Of a stretch of 64,000 bases of DNA, positions 19,068 to 28,832 are shown in pieces. The translations under genes and the position numbers were made by a program. Location of the stretch: the IMG/VR virus record IMGVR_UViG_3300021958_000031, one strand, 5' to 3'. The DNA comes from an uncultured virus (IMG/VR IMGVR_UViG_3300021958_000031). Taxonomy: Duplodnaviria > Heunggongvirae > Uroviricota > Caudoviricetes. The notes under the pieces are model-generated. The model was given only the letters and a program-made list of their open reading frames with translations. It did not search any database and was not told the DNA's origin. Position 1 is the stretch's first letter, and each line of letters starts with the position of its first letter.

Positions 19068-19466
19068 TTATATAGCACCATCATTAGATTGTTTAAAGGC
19101 ATTGCCTAATTTCTTTGAATTTTTTTCTCTAACCACTTCTTCCTCTAACCTATCTACTAATTCATCAAAATAGTCTGGATCACTAGTAACAGAACCATAC
19201 TCTAAATAATCTATATGGTCCATAGTAGGGCAGGTCTTTGGAATAACGAACGCGGTAAATTCAAAACCAGCGCCGAACTGTGGCTGTCGTTCCCTCGCAT
19301 GGTTAAAAGTCCTATTAGTAAATCCGAGTGGCGTCGCGTTACCGTAGTATGTCGCGTTTAGTCCATCAGCCTCGTAATGACCACCAGACTCGCCGCAGTG
19401 GCAGGTCTTGGTAGTATACGATAGCGAGAAAATATCCCGGCAGGTATTACAGTGTAGTAGCTTCAT
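19068..19466 (-). CDS. Zinc-ribbon hypothetical protein
   Basis: CNTC...CHCG motif. Confidence 0.7.
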   Translation of the reverse strand: MKLLHCNTCRDIFSLSYTTKTCHCGESGGHYEADGLNATYYGNATPLGFTNRTFNHARERQPQFGAGFEFTAFVIPKTCPTMDHIDYLEYGSVTSDPDYFDELVDRLEEEVVREKNSKKLGNAFKQSNDGAI

Positions 19467-19709
19467 TAGTTTATTAGTTATTAGTAGAACTCATAATTTT
19501 GAATAGCTTTTAGACCTTTAAAGATTACTAGACAAGCCATGAGTACTACGATGAGGTGAGCACTTGTACTGATTGCGGATAAGGACTCCGCAATGGATGC
19601 TAGAGCATCTGCTTGGTTGGTATGATCACTTAAGAATTGATTCATAGGTAATATTGTTATTGTTATTATAATACAAATATAACAAGTACCCTAAGTATCT
19701 GAAAGTTTC

Positions 19710-20520
19710 TGGTGGCTCTTTTTTTACAGGATGAAAAAATTTCTGGACTAGACATGACCCTATTAGACATACCAGATCTAGTCACATTCTGGAACTATGC
19801 AAATTTTCTGGCTAGAATTTTTGCGTGGGCCCAAACTCATGAGCCCGCTAGACCTAAAATGAGGCAAGCGAAAAATACTCTTGAAGGGTATTATTCTCTA
19901 GACTATACCTTACCCTTCTACTAGCCATACTAGACTAGCAAGGACAATAGGGTACTACTACAGCTATCAAGGACCACTATGGACTAGCAAGGACCACTAC
20001 CGTTACTATAGACTACTACTACCATATAGGGTATTTACTGTTATTTGCCTGCTAGGGCTGCTCTAGGGCGGATAATGCCTGTAGGGACCCTAAACGCGTA
20101 GACAGCTCCAATTATAGGGATTATGCCCAAATGGTGATTGTAGCAAGCTTTGTGGTGGTTTTTGTGGATGAGTGAAATAGATGAGGTATGGCACTATTAG
20201 CTTCTAGGGCCGATATATCACAATATAGGCTATATTTGGGTGTCTAGAGGCAGTCTAGAGTGCTATTTGTGTGAAATAATGTGTTCTAGAGCGGTATATA
20301 TGGGCTATATATGGGCTCTAGAGCGGCTATCCAGTGGCTATGGCTAGTAGAGGGCCCAAAAATGACCTAAAATGTGGGTAAATATCACACCAAAATAGGC
20401 ATTTTTACCTAGTCCTGCTAGAGCCCATTCTAGATGTGTGAGTTTTGTGTGAAATTTGGGCACTAAAAAGGGCAGCCTTGTCTGAATACAGATTTATGGC
20501 TGCCCTATAACCTAGGGAGA
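19710..20520. other. Non-coding, CTAG-rich repeat block (candidate origin, terminus or injection-stop signal)
   Basis: About 20 CTAG in ~800 bp by manual count; GACTAGCAAGGAC and TCTAGAGCGG repeats; C-rich to G-rich switch near 20040. Confidence 0.55.
20466..20506 (-). terminator. Intrinsic terminator after the 20565-21722 gene
   Basis: AGGGCAGCC/GGCTGCCCT inverted repeat followed by a T-tract on the minus strand. Confidence 0.7.
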
Positions 20521-20564
20521 AAAACGGAAATTTAAAACCCTGTGGTTTAATTCATAATCAATTG

Positions 20565-21722
20565 TTATGCTTCTCCCCTAACCATTGCGGCTTCAGAAGT
20601 AGTCAGTAGATCGCGAGAAGCGAATGGGTTAATATCCAGTACACCTTCAGTATCATATTGTTTCTTACATAGGATATTACCAGCGGTTACCATTAGATTC
20701 CCCATTTTACCTTCGTTTATATTAAACTTAGTATCGTTAGAGGCAAAATTGGTCATACCATTTACTAGATCCCAAACAGACATACCTGATTTAGCATTTT
20801 TCATTTGAGCCTTTGTAAAGGTATTTGGATCGGCACCTAATTGGCTATACGCCTTAAATGCTCTTTCTACTGGAATGTATTTCTGTACATAGTCGTAATC
20901 CACAGCTTTATCCAAGGATAGTATACTAGAGGCAGCGCGTTGCATTTCAGCCAAACTCGCATCGGTATTATTAGCCTTTGTAATATTCTCGGCCAATCCT
21001 ACTGGTTGGAAATTGGTAGATGCCATTCGGATCATATGTTCATTAAACTCATTGATGTTTTTATCGTTGAGGTTATGTAAACCATAGTTTTCAGCAAATG
21101 CGGTGGAGGTCATACCGTTTGAACAGATTAGACGTTCTAGGTAAGGTGATACTTCCAATCCACGAGTTGGGGTATTTCTGAATGTTACACCAGTATTAAA
21201 TACCTCGTTCTGCATTCCTGGTACATTAAACATTCCCTGTGGTGATACACAGTTAATTTGAGTACCTCCATACTGAGATGATCCCATATGCGTTACTCCT
21301 AAATTGTATTGGTCAATATAGCGAGAAGCAAAATCAATAAATGATTCTTGGCTAATAGAGGCATACCCTGCAGGCAGAATATCAGTAATCTTTCTAGAGT
21401 TAGGATCCACCAATAGTGTTACCGTTTGGTCGTTCTTAGATGATTTCATAGATTTCATCATAGTAATCAATTGGCGCAAACCATCGTTACCGAAACCTTC
21501 ACTAAACCTTGTGGCAAACGCCTTAGGAATACGGAGGCGGCCAAGTAGTTTACCGAATGCCTTATCAGTTACCTCAATCTTAACTCCATCCAATTCAATA
21601 TGGTTATTGTCAATTACATTAAACTCAGACAGTGAGATTTCCTTTCGCATCAATTGGTTATTGATAGCTTCTGCCTTTTTAACGTCGAATGCAGATTGAC
21701 TAAGTGTTGTAATACTTCTCAT
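20565..21722 (-). CDS. DUF932-like phage protein
   Basis: LERLICSNGM motif and C-terminal SVWDLVNGMT helix typical of DUF932-type proteins. Confidence 0.65.
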   Translation of the reverse strand: MRSITTLSQSAFDVKKAEAINNQLMRKEISLSEFNVIDNNHIELDGVKIEVTDKAFGKLLGRLRIPKAFATRFSEGFGNDGLRQLITMMKSMKSSKNDQTVTLLVDPNSRKITDILPAGYASISQESFIDFASRYIDQYNLGVTHMGSSQYGGTQINCVSPQGMFNVPGMQNEVFNTGVTFRNTPTRGLEVSPYLERLICSNGMTSTAFAENYGLHNLNDKNINEFNEHMIRMASTNFQPVGLAENITKANNTDASLAEMQRAASSILSLDKAVDYDYVQKYIPVERAFKAYSQLGADPNTFTKAQMKNAKSGMSVWDLVNGMTNFASNDTKFNINEGKMGNLMVTAGNILCKKQYDTEGVLDINPFASRDLLTTSEAAMVRGEA

Positions 21723-21736
21723 AATTTGTATATTTT

Positions 21737-21824
21737 TACCGTTTTTATTATAATATAAATATAATCAATTTATTTGGGAATTGAAAATTTTTCTAGGACT
21801 TTTTTCACTAAAGTTATTAACAAT
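21737..21824 (-). promoter_or_regulatory. Extended early-type promoter repeat, copy 2
   Basis: 51 bp identical to 5984-6034. Confidence 0.8.
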
Positions 21825-21839
21825 TCCCTGATGTTATAT

Positions 21840-22697
21840 TTATTCAGTTACCTCATCCTTTAATCCGAATAGTTTGTCAAATTCAAGGCCATCCTTTTTA
21901 ACCATTTCCTTTTCCTTCTTTTTCAGTTGTTTAAGGCTTTCAGATTTTTTGAACCTTTCAGTATCGTAGGTAACATCTCCACTAGCGGAAAGATCAAAGA
22001 ACATTTGTTTTCCAACATGCCCTCGGCGGTTTTTACTAAATACCACATACCTTTCATCCTGAGACCTTTCATCCACAAATCGGATTTCCATCATCCCGGT
22101 AGTCATATGCTTTAGTTTATTGGATCCTACGAATGTACCACCTTTATTTACCTGTTGGATATTAAGGAACGAGGTATATTTCTTACCTTTGTTCTGTCCA
22201 AGATTTTGTTTGTACATCATATCCAATAACCACTTCTCTGAACCATTCCTTGTCATCTTGGCATGTTCACGGATAGTTTCTTGGAGTTCCACAAAAGAGT
22301 CGATTAGTACCAGGTCATACCCAGTATCCAGGATCTCGTTTAGTACCTTGCGGGGATCCTCAGAGTCAGCGATATCTTGTGGAAAGAATATATCCAGTTC
22401 ACCAAACTTAGGGTAACGCTTTACGTAGAGGTACAGATCCACCTGGTTCATTTCTGCTGATATAAATAGTACCTTACTACCGCTCTTTTTTGCATTAGCG
22501 ATAATATCCAGTGTAACGGTTGATTTACCTACACCAGGATCCCCTACTACCATCCAGTTAGTAGCCTTTGGTACACCACCGTCGATTGAGAATAATCCAT
22601 CCAGTGGAGTATTTGTTTTGTGAGCATCAAATAGACCTTTAGCATATTTGACATTAGAGATTTGAGTCAGTCGGTTGTTTAATTTAGATACTCCCAT
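21840..22697 (-). CDS. RadA/Sms-like RecA-fold ATPase lacking zinc finger and Lon-like domain
   Basis: GDPGVGKST Walker A, LFISAE, LVLIDS Walker B, QVNKGGTFVGSNKLKH and KNRRG motifs. Confidence 0.82.
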   Translation of the reverse strand: MGVSKLNNRLTQISNVKYAKGLFDAHKTNTPLDGLFSIDGGVPKATNWMVVGDPGVGKSTVTLDIIANAKKSGSKVLFISAEMNQVDLYLYVKRYPKFGELDIFFPQDIADSEDPRKVLNEILDTGYDLVLIDSFVELQETIREHAKMTRNGSEKWLLDMMYKQNLGQNKGKKYTSFLNIQQVNKGGTFVGSNKLKHMTTGMMEIRFVDERSQDERYVVFSKNRRGHVGKQMFFDLSASGDVTYDTERFKKSESLKQLKKKEKEMVKKDGLEFDKLFGLKDEVTE

Positions 22698-22699
22698 AA

Positions 22700-22873
22700 T
22701 TACTTAGACGTTTTAGATTCATGATTCTTTACCTTTTCAACCATTTCGTTGAAACGTTCCACAGCATTAAATGCCGGTACTGTCATTGCCTTTAAAAGAT
22801 TGCCGTCGAGGTCTTTAATCATTAGTAGATCGTTTAGGAGTTCTACCTTGTACTTTGTTGTTGTTTTTATCAT
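22700..22873 (-). CDS. Small early hypothetical protein (57 aa, MIKTTTKYKVELLNDLL...)
   Basis: Directly behind promoter copy 3; abuts the ATPase gene. Confidence 0.65.
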   Translation of the reverse strand: MIKTTTKYKVELLNDLLMIKDLDGNLLKAMTVPAFNAVERFNEMVEKVKNHESKTSK

Positions 22874-22876
22874 TTT

Positions 22877-22965
22877 TCCGTTTTTTAATTATAATATAAA
22901 TATAATACTTTTTATTGGGATTTGAAAATTTTTCCTAGACTTTTTTTAGAGAAGTTATTAACAAT
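22877..22965 (-). promoter_or_regulatory. Extended early-type promoter repeat, copy 3
   Basis: TGTTAATAAC box, TCCCAA and TATATTTATATTATAA. Confidence 0.78.
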
Positions 22966-22992
22966 CCCATGTTAACAACCTAGGCCGTTTGA

Positions 22993-23169
22993 TTAACCTT
23001 GGAGGTTAGCGTGACGGTTACAGAAGTAATCCAGTTTAGACTTCGCGTACTCAGCCGCCTCAGTATCATTTGCGTTACAGGCTTCAGCCAGTACCTCAGC
23101 CCAGTATCCAATCTTTGGAAGGTAACCATTCGGATAGCGGTCTACTTTGTTTTTGTAAGGATATGCCAT
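22993..23169 (-). CDS. Small early hypothetical protein (58 aa, MAYPYKNKVDRYPNGYLPKIGYW...)
   Basis: Directly behind promoter copy 4. Confidence 0.65.
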   Translation of the reverse strand: MAYPYKNKVDRYPNGYLPKIGYWAEVLAEACNANDTEAAEYAKSKLDYFCNRHANLQG

Positions 23170-23189
23170 AGTTGTTTGTTTTATATGGT

Positions 23190-23284
23190 TTGAATTATTA
23201 TAATATAAATATAATCAATTTTATTGGGATAAAAAAATTTTTGGGCAGTTATTTTCTCAGAATAGTGAAAAAGTTATTAACAAT
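23190..23284 (-). promoter_or_regulatory. Extended early-type promoter repeat, copy 4
   Basis: Same three elements as the other copies. Confidence 0.78.
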
Positions 23285-23416
23285 TTATTTTACTTAGCTC
23301 CCTTTCTATATACAGTTCTATTAGTGGGTTAAGCGGATCCTTTTCTTTGTTTAGCGATTTAAGGATGTCGCTAGTCATAGTCTTTGCTAACTCTTTTAGT
23401 TCTTTTGTGGTTGTCA

Positions 23417-23596
23417 TTAGTATTTAGTTTTAGCGTTAAGAGATATCCATAGGGCTACTACACAGATACTTATGCTTATGATTGGATGTAATAGGGCTTG
23501 TAAGAATAGCCAGCAAATAGCAGTAATTAAGACTGGGGCTAACCAGACAAGTATTAGTATCGCAGTAAAGGCCAAGGATAATTGTAATAGTTTCAT
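23417..23596 (-). CDS. Small hydrophobic membrane protein (59 aa, MKLLQLSLAFTAILILVW...)
   Basis: Directly behind promoter copy 5. Confidence 0.6.
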   Translation of the reverse strand: MKLLQLSLAFTAILILVWLAPVLITAICWLFLQALLHPIISISICVVALWISLNAKTKY

Positions 23597-23604
23597 GTAG
23601 TAGT

Positions 23605-23698
23605 ATTTTTAATTATAGTATAAATATAAAACTATTTGTTGGGAAAAAAAAATTTTTAGGCAATTATTTTCTTAGAATAGTGAAAAAAGTTACTAACA
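23605..23698 (-). promoter_or_regulatory. Extended early-type promoter repeat, copy 5
   Basis: TGTTAGTAAC variant box, TTCCCAA and TATATTTATACTATAA. Confidence 0.72.
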
Positions 23699-23699
23699 G

Positions 23700-24350
23700 T
23701 CTTCGCGTGCTACAGGGGATTTCCTATCAAGTGTACATCCACTATACCAGACTGTACATCCACAATTCTACAGGTATCCTAGGCTTCAGTTCTCAGGTGG
23801 CTCCAGGGTGTCACGCTTCACGGCAGGATTTGGTTCCTTCCTAGTAACATGGGTCATTTGGGTACTTGTCAGTTGATTACTTTGAGTACTTTGGGTGAAA
23901 ATAGCGGTATTACATAGAATTAGGGTAAAAAACGGCTAGTATATATTAGACTACTCTGGATCATAGTACTGGAAGCCAGATTGAGAGATATCAGACTACC
24001 GGTACGGAATTACTGATAAACCATACTGGACCACCCCAGATACCATATCTACACGATTGTTACCGTATACGCGATTATATAGGTATCTACAATAATTATA
24101 TCTTTTTGAGTATAGATTGTGGTTATTGCGAAGAATTATATCTTTGCGGATATACTTAAGGTTCTTGCCTATTTAGTGGTTGTTGGAGCATTTGAGCTAT
24201 TTGGGGGCTTAAGGTTATTCCACTCATCATTCCAATAGATTTGAGCACTTTGCGGATTGCGGGGTAATTGTGGTTTTCTAGGTGGTTGCATGTTCGTTTG
24301 GTTTAGTGTGCCCAGTGTGCTGACCTTTGATTGTTTTGATTGTTTAGATA
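23700..24350. other. Second non-coding block with raised GC
   Basis: No ORF of 60 aa or more; TGTACATCCAC x2, AATTATATCTTT x2; G/T-rich distal part. Confidence 0.5.
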
Positions 24351-24355
24351 GAATC

Positions 24356-24910
24356 CTATTTACCGCCTCTTTTACTATTAGATCTTTGAGGGACTGTTGA
24401 CCTGGTTGGTTTAGGAGTAGTAGTATTAGTTATATTGAAATCTTTGAATTTTAGAATAGTATCTTTCTTTTCTAATAAACCTCTACCAACCATGTTATTA
24501 ATTAGTACCGCTTGCGATTTCATTATTCTTTTTGATGCTTCTTTATAATCTAAAAAACCAGCCCAATCAACTTCTTCTACCTGTAATTGTTTTTTAGGTA
24601 CCTTTAAATCTTTTAAGCCTATTTGCGAAAGATCTGAAATTTGAACAACATAATAATAAACAATCTTATTACCATACTTTCTAGTGGTTACTGTAAATGT
24701 ATGTTCTGTTTTGTCTATAAGATTCTTAGGAATAGTTATACCAACCTCTTCTTTGGTTTCTCGTATGGCTGCATCTAATTTTGACTCACCTTTATCAATA
24801 CCACCTTTAGGAATTCCATAAGATCCATACCAACCTCTTGATGTAGTATGAGCCAACAAAATTTTATTGTCATATATAATGGCTAAACCTGCAGATTTTT
24901 TTGTTTTCAT
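24356..24910 (-). CDS. NUDIX hydrolase
   Basis: PKGGIDKGESKLDAAIRETKEEVGI Nudix box. Confidence 0.92.
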   Translation of the reverse strand: MKTKKSAGLAIIYDNKILLAHTTSRGWYGSYGIPKGGIDKGESKLDAAIRETKEEVGITIPKNLIDKTEHTFTVTTRKYGNKIVYYYVVQISDLSQIGLKDLKVPKKQLQVEEVDWAGFLDYKEASKRIMKSQAVLINNMVGRGLLEKKDTILKFKDFNITNTTTPKPTRSTVPQRSNSKRGGK

Positions 24911-24927
24911 ATTTTATATATTGTTAA

Positions 24928-25149
24928 TTAAAACATGTTGTCAAAATCATAGTTAGGCTTTATTGCCCCAGGCTTTGGTATATCTGGTGGATCTACATAT
25001 ACCGGTTTTTTATAAGGTTTTGGTTGTGGTTGTTTGGGAGCTCTTAACATTTCTGGTCTGTTTTCACGTACCCATTGAATATACCAAGGAGCCATACGTT
25101 TAACTGTTTCTACATCAACTCCTTTATACTTACCTGATCTAAATTTCAT
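24928..25149 (-). CDS. Hypothetical protein (DUF3820/exonuclease X C-terminal-like motif)
   Basis: F.SGKYKG...V....P.YIQW motif. Confidence 0.55.
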   Translation of the reverse strand: MKFRSGKYKGVDVETVKRMAPWYIQWVRENRPEMLRAPKQPQPKPYKKPVYVDPPDIPKPGAIKPNYDFDNMF

Positions 25150-25235
25150 ACTATTCTATTAATTAAAAGAGATCATGATCCGGAGACCAATTATCCCATT
25201 CATCATTCCAACTATCTTTTATATTGATCTTAGGT

Positions 25236-25811
25236 TTATGCGGTTTTAGCCAATTCTTTATCCAAAGTTTTAATTTCTTGAGCATCCTTTTTCTGCAATT
25301 GTTTTAAGACCCTTGCCATTTCTTTATCGGCAAGTTTTATTGTAGCATCGTTAGCTCTCATTCTGATTTCTAACTTTACTTTATTTACATATTTAGTAAG
25401 CTTATCGCTTTCCTGTCCAATTGCATCCATTTTGGAAATAATGATTCCCTCTTTGTTCTTTAAGGCTTGTATCTTTGCACCTTTTGCTTTATCAGAAACA
25501 TCTAACCTGGATTGATTAGTTGAATAATTGGAACCTTTTGATTTTACCTCATCTCTAAAGGAATCAATTTGGTCTTCTTCAATTTCTAATTTGGTTAGCT
25601 CTACTTTGATTTTAAATAACTCCTCTCCTAGCTTATCTAATTCTCTTTTCTTTTTAGGATTAGAGAATAGCCCTTTTATGAATGAAAATATTCCTTCATT
25701 TAAAATTTCAGTAAGTTCCTCATGACTTACCTTTCCTTCAAGAATCTGATAAGTATCATTAATCAATTCTCTATTTTGTTTAAAGTTTTCAAATGTTGGA
25801 ATGTGTGCCAT
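25236..25811 (-). CDS. Coiled-coil putative internal head protein
   Basis: MAHIPTFENF start, ILE-G and LNE-G sites, AATATATA upstream. Confidence 0.65.
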   Translation of the reverse strand: MAHIPTFENFKQNRELINDTYQILEGKVSHEELTEILNEGIFSFIKGLFSNPKKKRELDKLGEELFKIKVELTKLEIEEDQIDSFRDEVKSKGSNYSTNQSRLDVSDKAKGAKIQALKNKEGIIISKMDAIGQESDKLTKYVNKVKLEIRMRANDATIKLADKEMARVLKQLQKKDAQEIKTLDKELAKTA

Positions 25812-26132
25812 TACAGTTAATTATTTGTTTATATATTTGCTAAGATCATCTAATAATTGAGCTGAGGTATAATACCAACCTTCAAAAGTAATACCATCAT
25901 CTTTATCATGATTTGTTAAATACCACAGATCCTCATCTTTTAAATATTGTATATGCCAGCCTACCATTTCTTTGTTGCCCCTTCTAATAAGAGTGATGCG
26001 ATAATTAATACTGATGCAACAATAGTTTGTCCTACAAATAATTCACTATTTGATACTACCGTGCTCATTAATAATCCTATACCTACAACCATAGAGATAT
26101 ACCAACCATGTTCTTTTATAAATCTTTTCATA

Positions 26133-26801
26133 TTACTTTCTTTTTATTACTTCATCAATTATACCATATTTCTTAGCTTCATCTGCATTTAACCAAAAAT
26201 CTCTCGTTGCATCAGATGCTACTTGCTTTGCAGTTTTGCCACAATACTCTCCTAGCAATTTAAATAAAGTATTGTTAACCTTTTTCCATTCTTTCATATC
26301 AATTTCAGCATCTTGAATATTTCCACTAAACCCTCCTGATGATTGATGCAACATTGTTTTAGAATGTCTTAATGAACTTCTCTTACCTTTTGTACCAGCT
26401 CCTAGTAGCACAGATCCCATAGATGCAGCCATTCCTGTATTAACTGTTCTAATATCTGATTTAATGTAATCCATAACATCAACCATAGACAAACCAGATT
26501 TAACAGATCCTCCTGGTGAATCAATATGCATTGTGATATCTTTATTTTCTACACTGTCCAAAAACATTAACTGTGCTTGTACTACAGTAGACATGCTATC
26601 ATTAACTGGTCCGGCAACCCAAAGTAATCTATCCATCATTAACCTTGAAAAGATATCCATTTGCGTTGCTCTTAATTCTCTTTCCTCTAAAATATAAGGA
26701 GTCATTGAGTTTTCAATATGCTTTTCATAATAATTCAATGTTGATGAACTTAAATTATGATCACTCATTGCATATTTTTGAAATTCTTTTCCGTAATTCA
26801 T
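26133..26801 (-). CDS. clpP: ATP-dependent Clp protease proteolytic subunit
   Basis: DIFSRLMMDR, DSPGGSV, GMAASMG and MLHQ motifs; Bacteroidota-style N-terminus. Confidence 0.95.
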   Translation of the reverse strand: MNYGKEFQKYAMSDHNLSSSTLNYYEKHIENSMTPYILEERELRATQMDIFSRLMMDRLLWVAGPVNDSMSTVVQAQLMFLDSVENKDITMHIDSPGGSVKSGLSMVDVMDYIKSDIRTVNTGMAASMGSVLLGAGTKGKRSSLRHSKTMLHQSSGGFSGNIQDAEIDMKEWKKVNNTLFKLLGEYCGKTAKQVASDATRDFWLNADEAKKYGIIDEVIKRK

Positions 26802-27169
26802 TTGCTTTTAAAATATTTAATTATTATATGTGCGGACCTATAATTAGTTGCTAGAGGTATTTTATGAACATCACACAATCTCATTAACATTGCAATATCA
26901 ACATCATGAGGGTGTTTATCTAGTGGATCCCTAAAAAATATAACAGCATCCATTTCTCCACGAGTAACCATTGAACCTATCTCTGCATCTCCACCTAGCG
27001 GCCCACTATTTAAACAGTCAACCTTTAATCCTGCATTTTCAATCATACCCCCAGTTGTACCGGTTGCAATTAATTCTACATCCTTTCGTTTAAAAAAATC
27101 CAATCTCTTCATTACGAAGGCAACCATATCTGCCTTCTTACCATCGTGGGCTATTAATGCTATTTTCAT
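26798..27169 (-). CDS. mgsA: Methylglyoxal synthase
   Basis: IALIAHDGKK, ATGTTG, SGPLGGD and FFRDPL..HPHDVD motifs; start at MKIALIAH. Confidence 0.93.
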   Translation of the reverse strand: MKIALIAHDGKKADMVAFVMKRLDFFKRKDVELIATGTTGGMIENAGLKVDCLNSGPLGGDAEIGSMVTRGEMDAVIFFRDPLDKHPHDVDIAMLMRLCDVHKIPLATNYRSAHIIIKYFKSK

Positions 27170-27585
27170 ATTGTTTTTGATATAAGTTTTTTGAATTTTG
27201 TAGTTGACCATCCATGATCTCTTTTAAAATAATGAATAGGTATATTTAAATCATACCCAGTAAAATCAGTTCTACCTTTATAGTCATCACCTAAGAATCT
27301 AATATTAGGATCAATACCTTTTAATAGTTCTTCTAATTCAGACTCATATGTATATACATGTACATCTGTGATGTATTTTATTGATTCTAACATTTCAATT
27401 CTCTCAAGTGTGGATAAAACTGGTTTTAGTTTATGAGGTCTTTCAATTGAAGGATCTGTGTGCAAAAGAACAATAAATCTTTCACATAGATTTCCAGCTT
27501 CTTTAAACATTTTAATATACCCAGGGTGCATTACATCGAAATTACCTGCAATAACACCCCTCTCATATCTTTTATCTAAAATCAT
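27166..27585 (-). CDS. Cytidylyltransferase (TagD/RfaE-like)
   Basis: GNFDVMHPGY HIGH-like motif; GDDY and RDHGWSTT. Confidence 0.85.
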   Translation of the reverse strand: MILDKRYERGVIAGNFDVMHPGYIKMFKEAGNLCERFIVLLHTDPSIERPHKLKPVLSTLERIEMLESIKYITDVHVYTYESELEELLKGIDPNIRFLGDDYKGRTDFTGYDLNIPIHYFKRDHGWSTTKFKKLISKTI

Positions 27586-27767
27586 ATTTTTAATTTTGCC
27601 CGTTCTAAACTTTCAACTGCTACATCTATATGTTTAGCAAAGTCTTTATTTAATTTATACACAGGGTGATGAATAATGTAATTAATTAAAAAGCTATGAA
27701 ATAGCTCTACTCTATCAGAGGCTTCTACTTTATCGCTTTCCTTTGGTTGCAATCTTTCTTTTTTCAT
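27582..27767 (-). CDS. Hypothetical protein
   Basis: 61-aa coupled ORF. Confidence 0.5.
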   Translation of the reverse strand: MKKERLQPKESDKVEASDRVELFHSFLINYIIHHPVYKLNKDFAKHIDVAVESLERAKLKI

Positions 27768-27875
27768 GGTTACCTTTTAGTACATTTAATAATAATCCTA
27801 AAAAAGAATCTGCTTTATATTTTCTCTTTCCTTCTACATTTAGAAGATATTTTGTTTTTGTTCTCATAATTTATT

Positions 27876-28463
27876 TTAGTATTCTGTGTTAAAGAAGAAT
27901 GTTTGAAACAACCTTCCATTATTTTTGTTTGTGCCGAAATAGTCTAATGATGAATGGAATAAATCACCACGGTAAAGTACTAATCTATTATAGACATTAC
28001 CAACCTTCGCAGTCATATCCCATTTTGAAAAATCTCTACTATGTGGCCAACAGTGTTTATCCAACCACTCGTTATCATAACTCCCATCATCTAATCTAGG
28101 AGGTCTTTCTAAACCAGTTTCTTTATGTCTAAATAATCCAGTGCCTCCATTAACCGGAGCATTAGGTGTTAAGTAACATACACCAGCCCACATAGTAGTA
28201 TGATCTGGGTGAATCCAACTAGAATCTTTTTCTGTAGTATACTGAAAGGTTGATGTGTATTCAGATTCATAATATGTAATGTTCCCACCAGCGTTTTTTA
28301 CTATTGATTGGATGCCTTCTTTTAAACCTGGCCAATCGTGAAAGGTTTTGGTTCTTTGCCCTGGGTAATTACCTTTTACATCAAATGGTTGGTTTAGGGC
28401 AAACTCTCTCACACCATCAGGGTCTTGGTAAAAATCATCAGTAATTATTAAATTTGTTTTCAT
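27876..28463 (-). CDS. 2OG-Fe(II) oxygenase-like protein (DUF6445-like)
   Basis: DDFY..PD.VR, YPGQRT, H.D...YLTP...GT and YNRLVLY...H...RL motifs. Confidence 0.78.
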   Translation of the reverse strand: MKTNLIITDDFYQDPDGVREFALNQPFDVKGNYPGQRTKTFHDWPGLKEGIQSIVKNAGGNITYYESEYTSTFQYTTEKDSSWIHPDHTTMWAGVCYLTPNAPVNGGTGLFRHKETGLERPPRLDDGSYDNEWLDKHCWPHSRDFSKWDMTAKVGNVYNRLVLYRGDLFHSSLDYFGTNKNNGRLFQTFFFNTEY

Positions 28464-28478
28464 GTTTTATTTTTAATT

Positions 28479-28832
28479 TTATCCTAACTCCGGACCAGCA
28501 CCACCTTCCTCCTCTACTGGTGGAGGTGTTGATATTAATGTAGTACTTAATGTTCCAATGTTATTGACTTCTATCTCATACACATTACCGTTAGGTGCGG
28601 TTAATTGCATATTAGGATTCCCAGAAGGGCCAGTGGAACCAGTAAACCCGGTAGCACCAATTTCTCCTGTTGCCCCAATTTCCCCTGTTGCTCCAGTTGC
28701 TCCAGTTGGACCTATTAGTGTACTAGGATCACCAATATTTAATTTAATCTTATCAACGATACCACCATTTTGGTTAGTTAATTTAGGGTAAACTGTATAT
28801 CGTTTCCACTTATCTCCGTATGGTTCACTCAT
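28479..28832 (-). CDS. Short collagen-repeat protein
   Basis: [31 protein letters not shown] followed by LTAPNG. Confidence 0.7.
   Translation of the reverse strand: MSEPYGDKWKRYTVYPKLTNQNGGIVDKIKLNIGDPSTLIGPTGATGATGEIGATGEIGATGFTGSTGPSGNPNMQLTAPNGNVYEIEVNNIGTLSTTLISTPPPVEEEGGAGPELG

Noticed and set aside
19712..19924. Plus-strand 70-aa ORF in the CTAG-rich block
   Set aside because: GTG start, atypical composition, opposite strand to neighbours and no recognisable motif.
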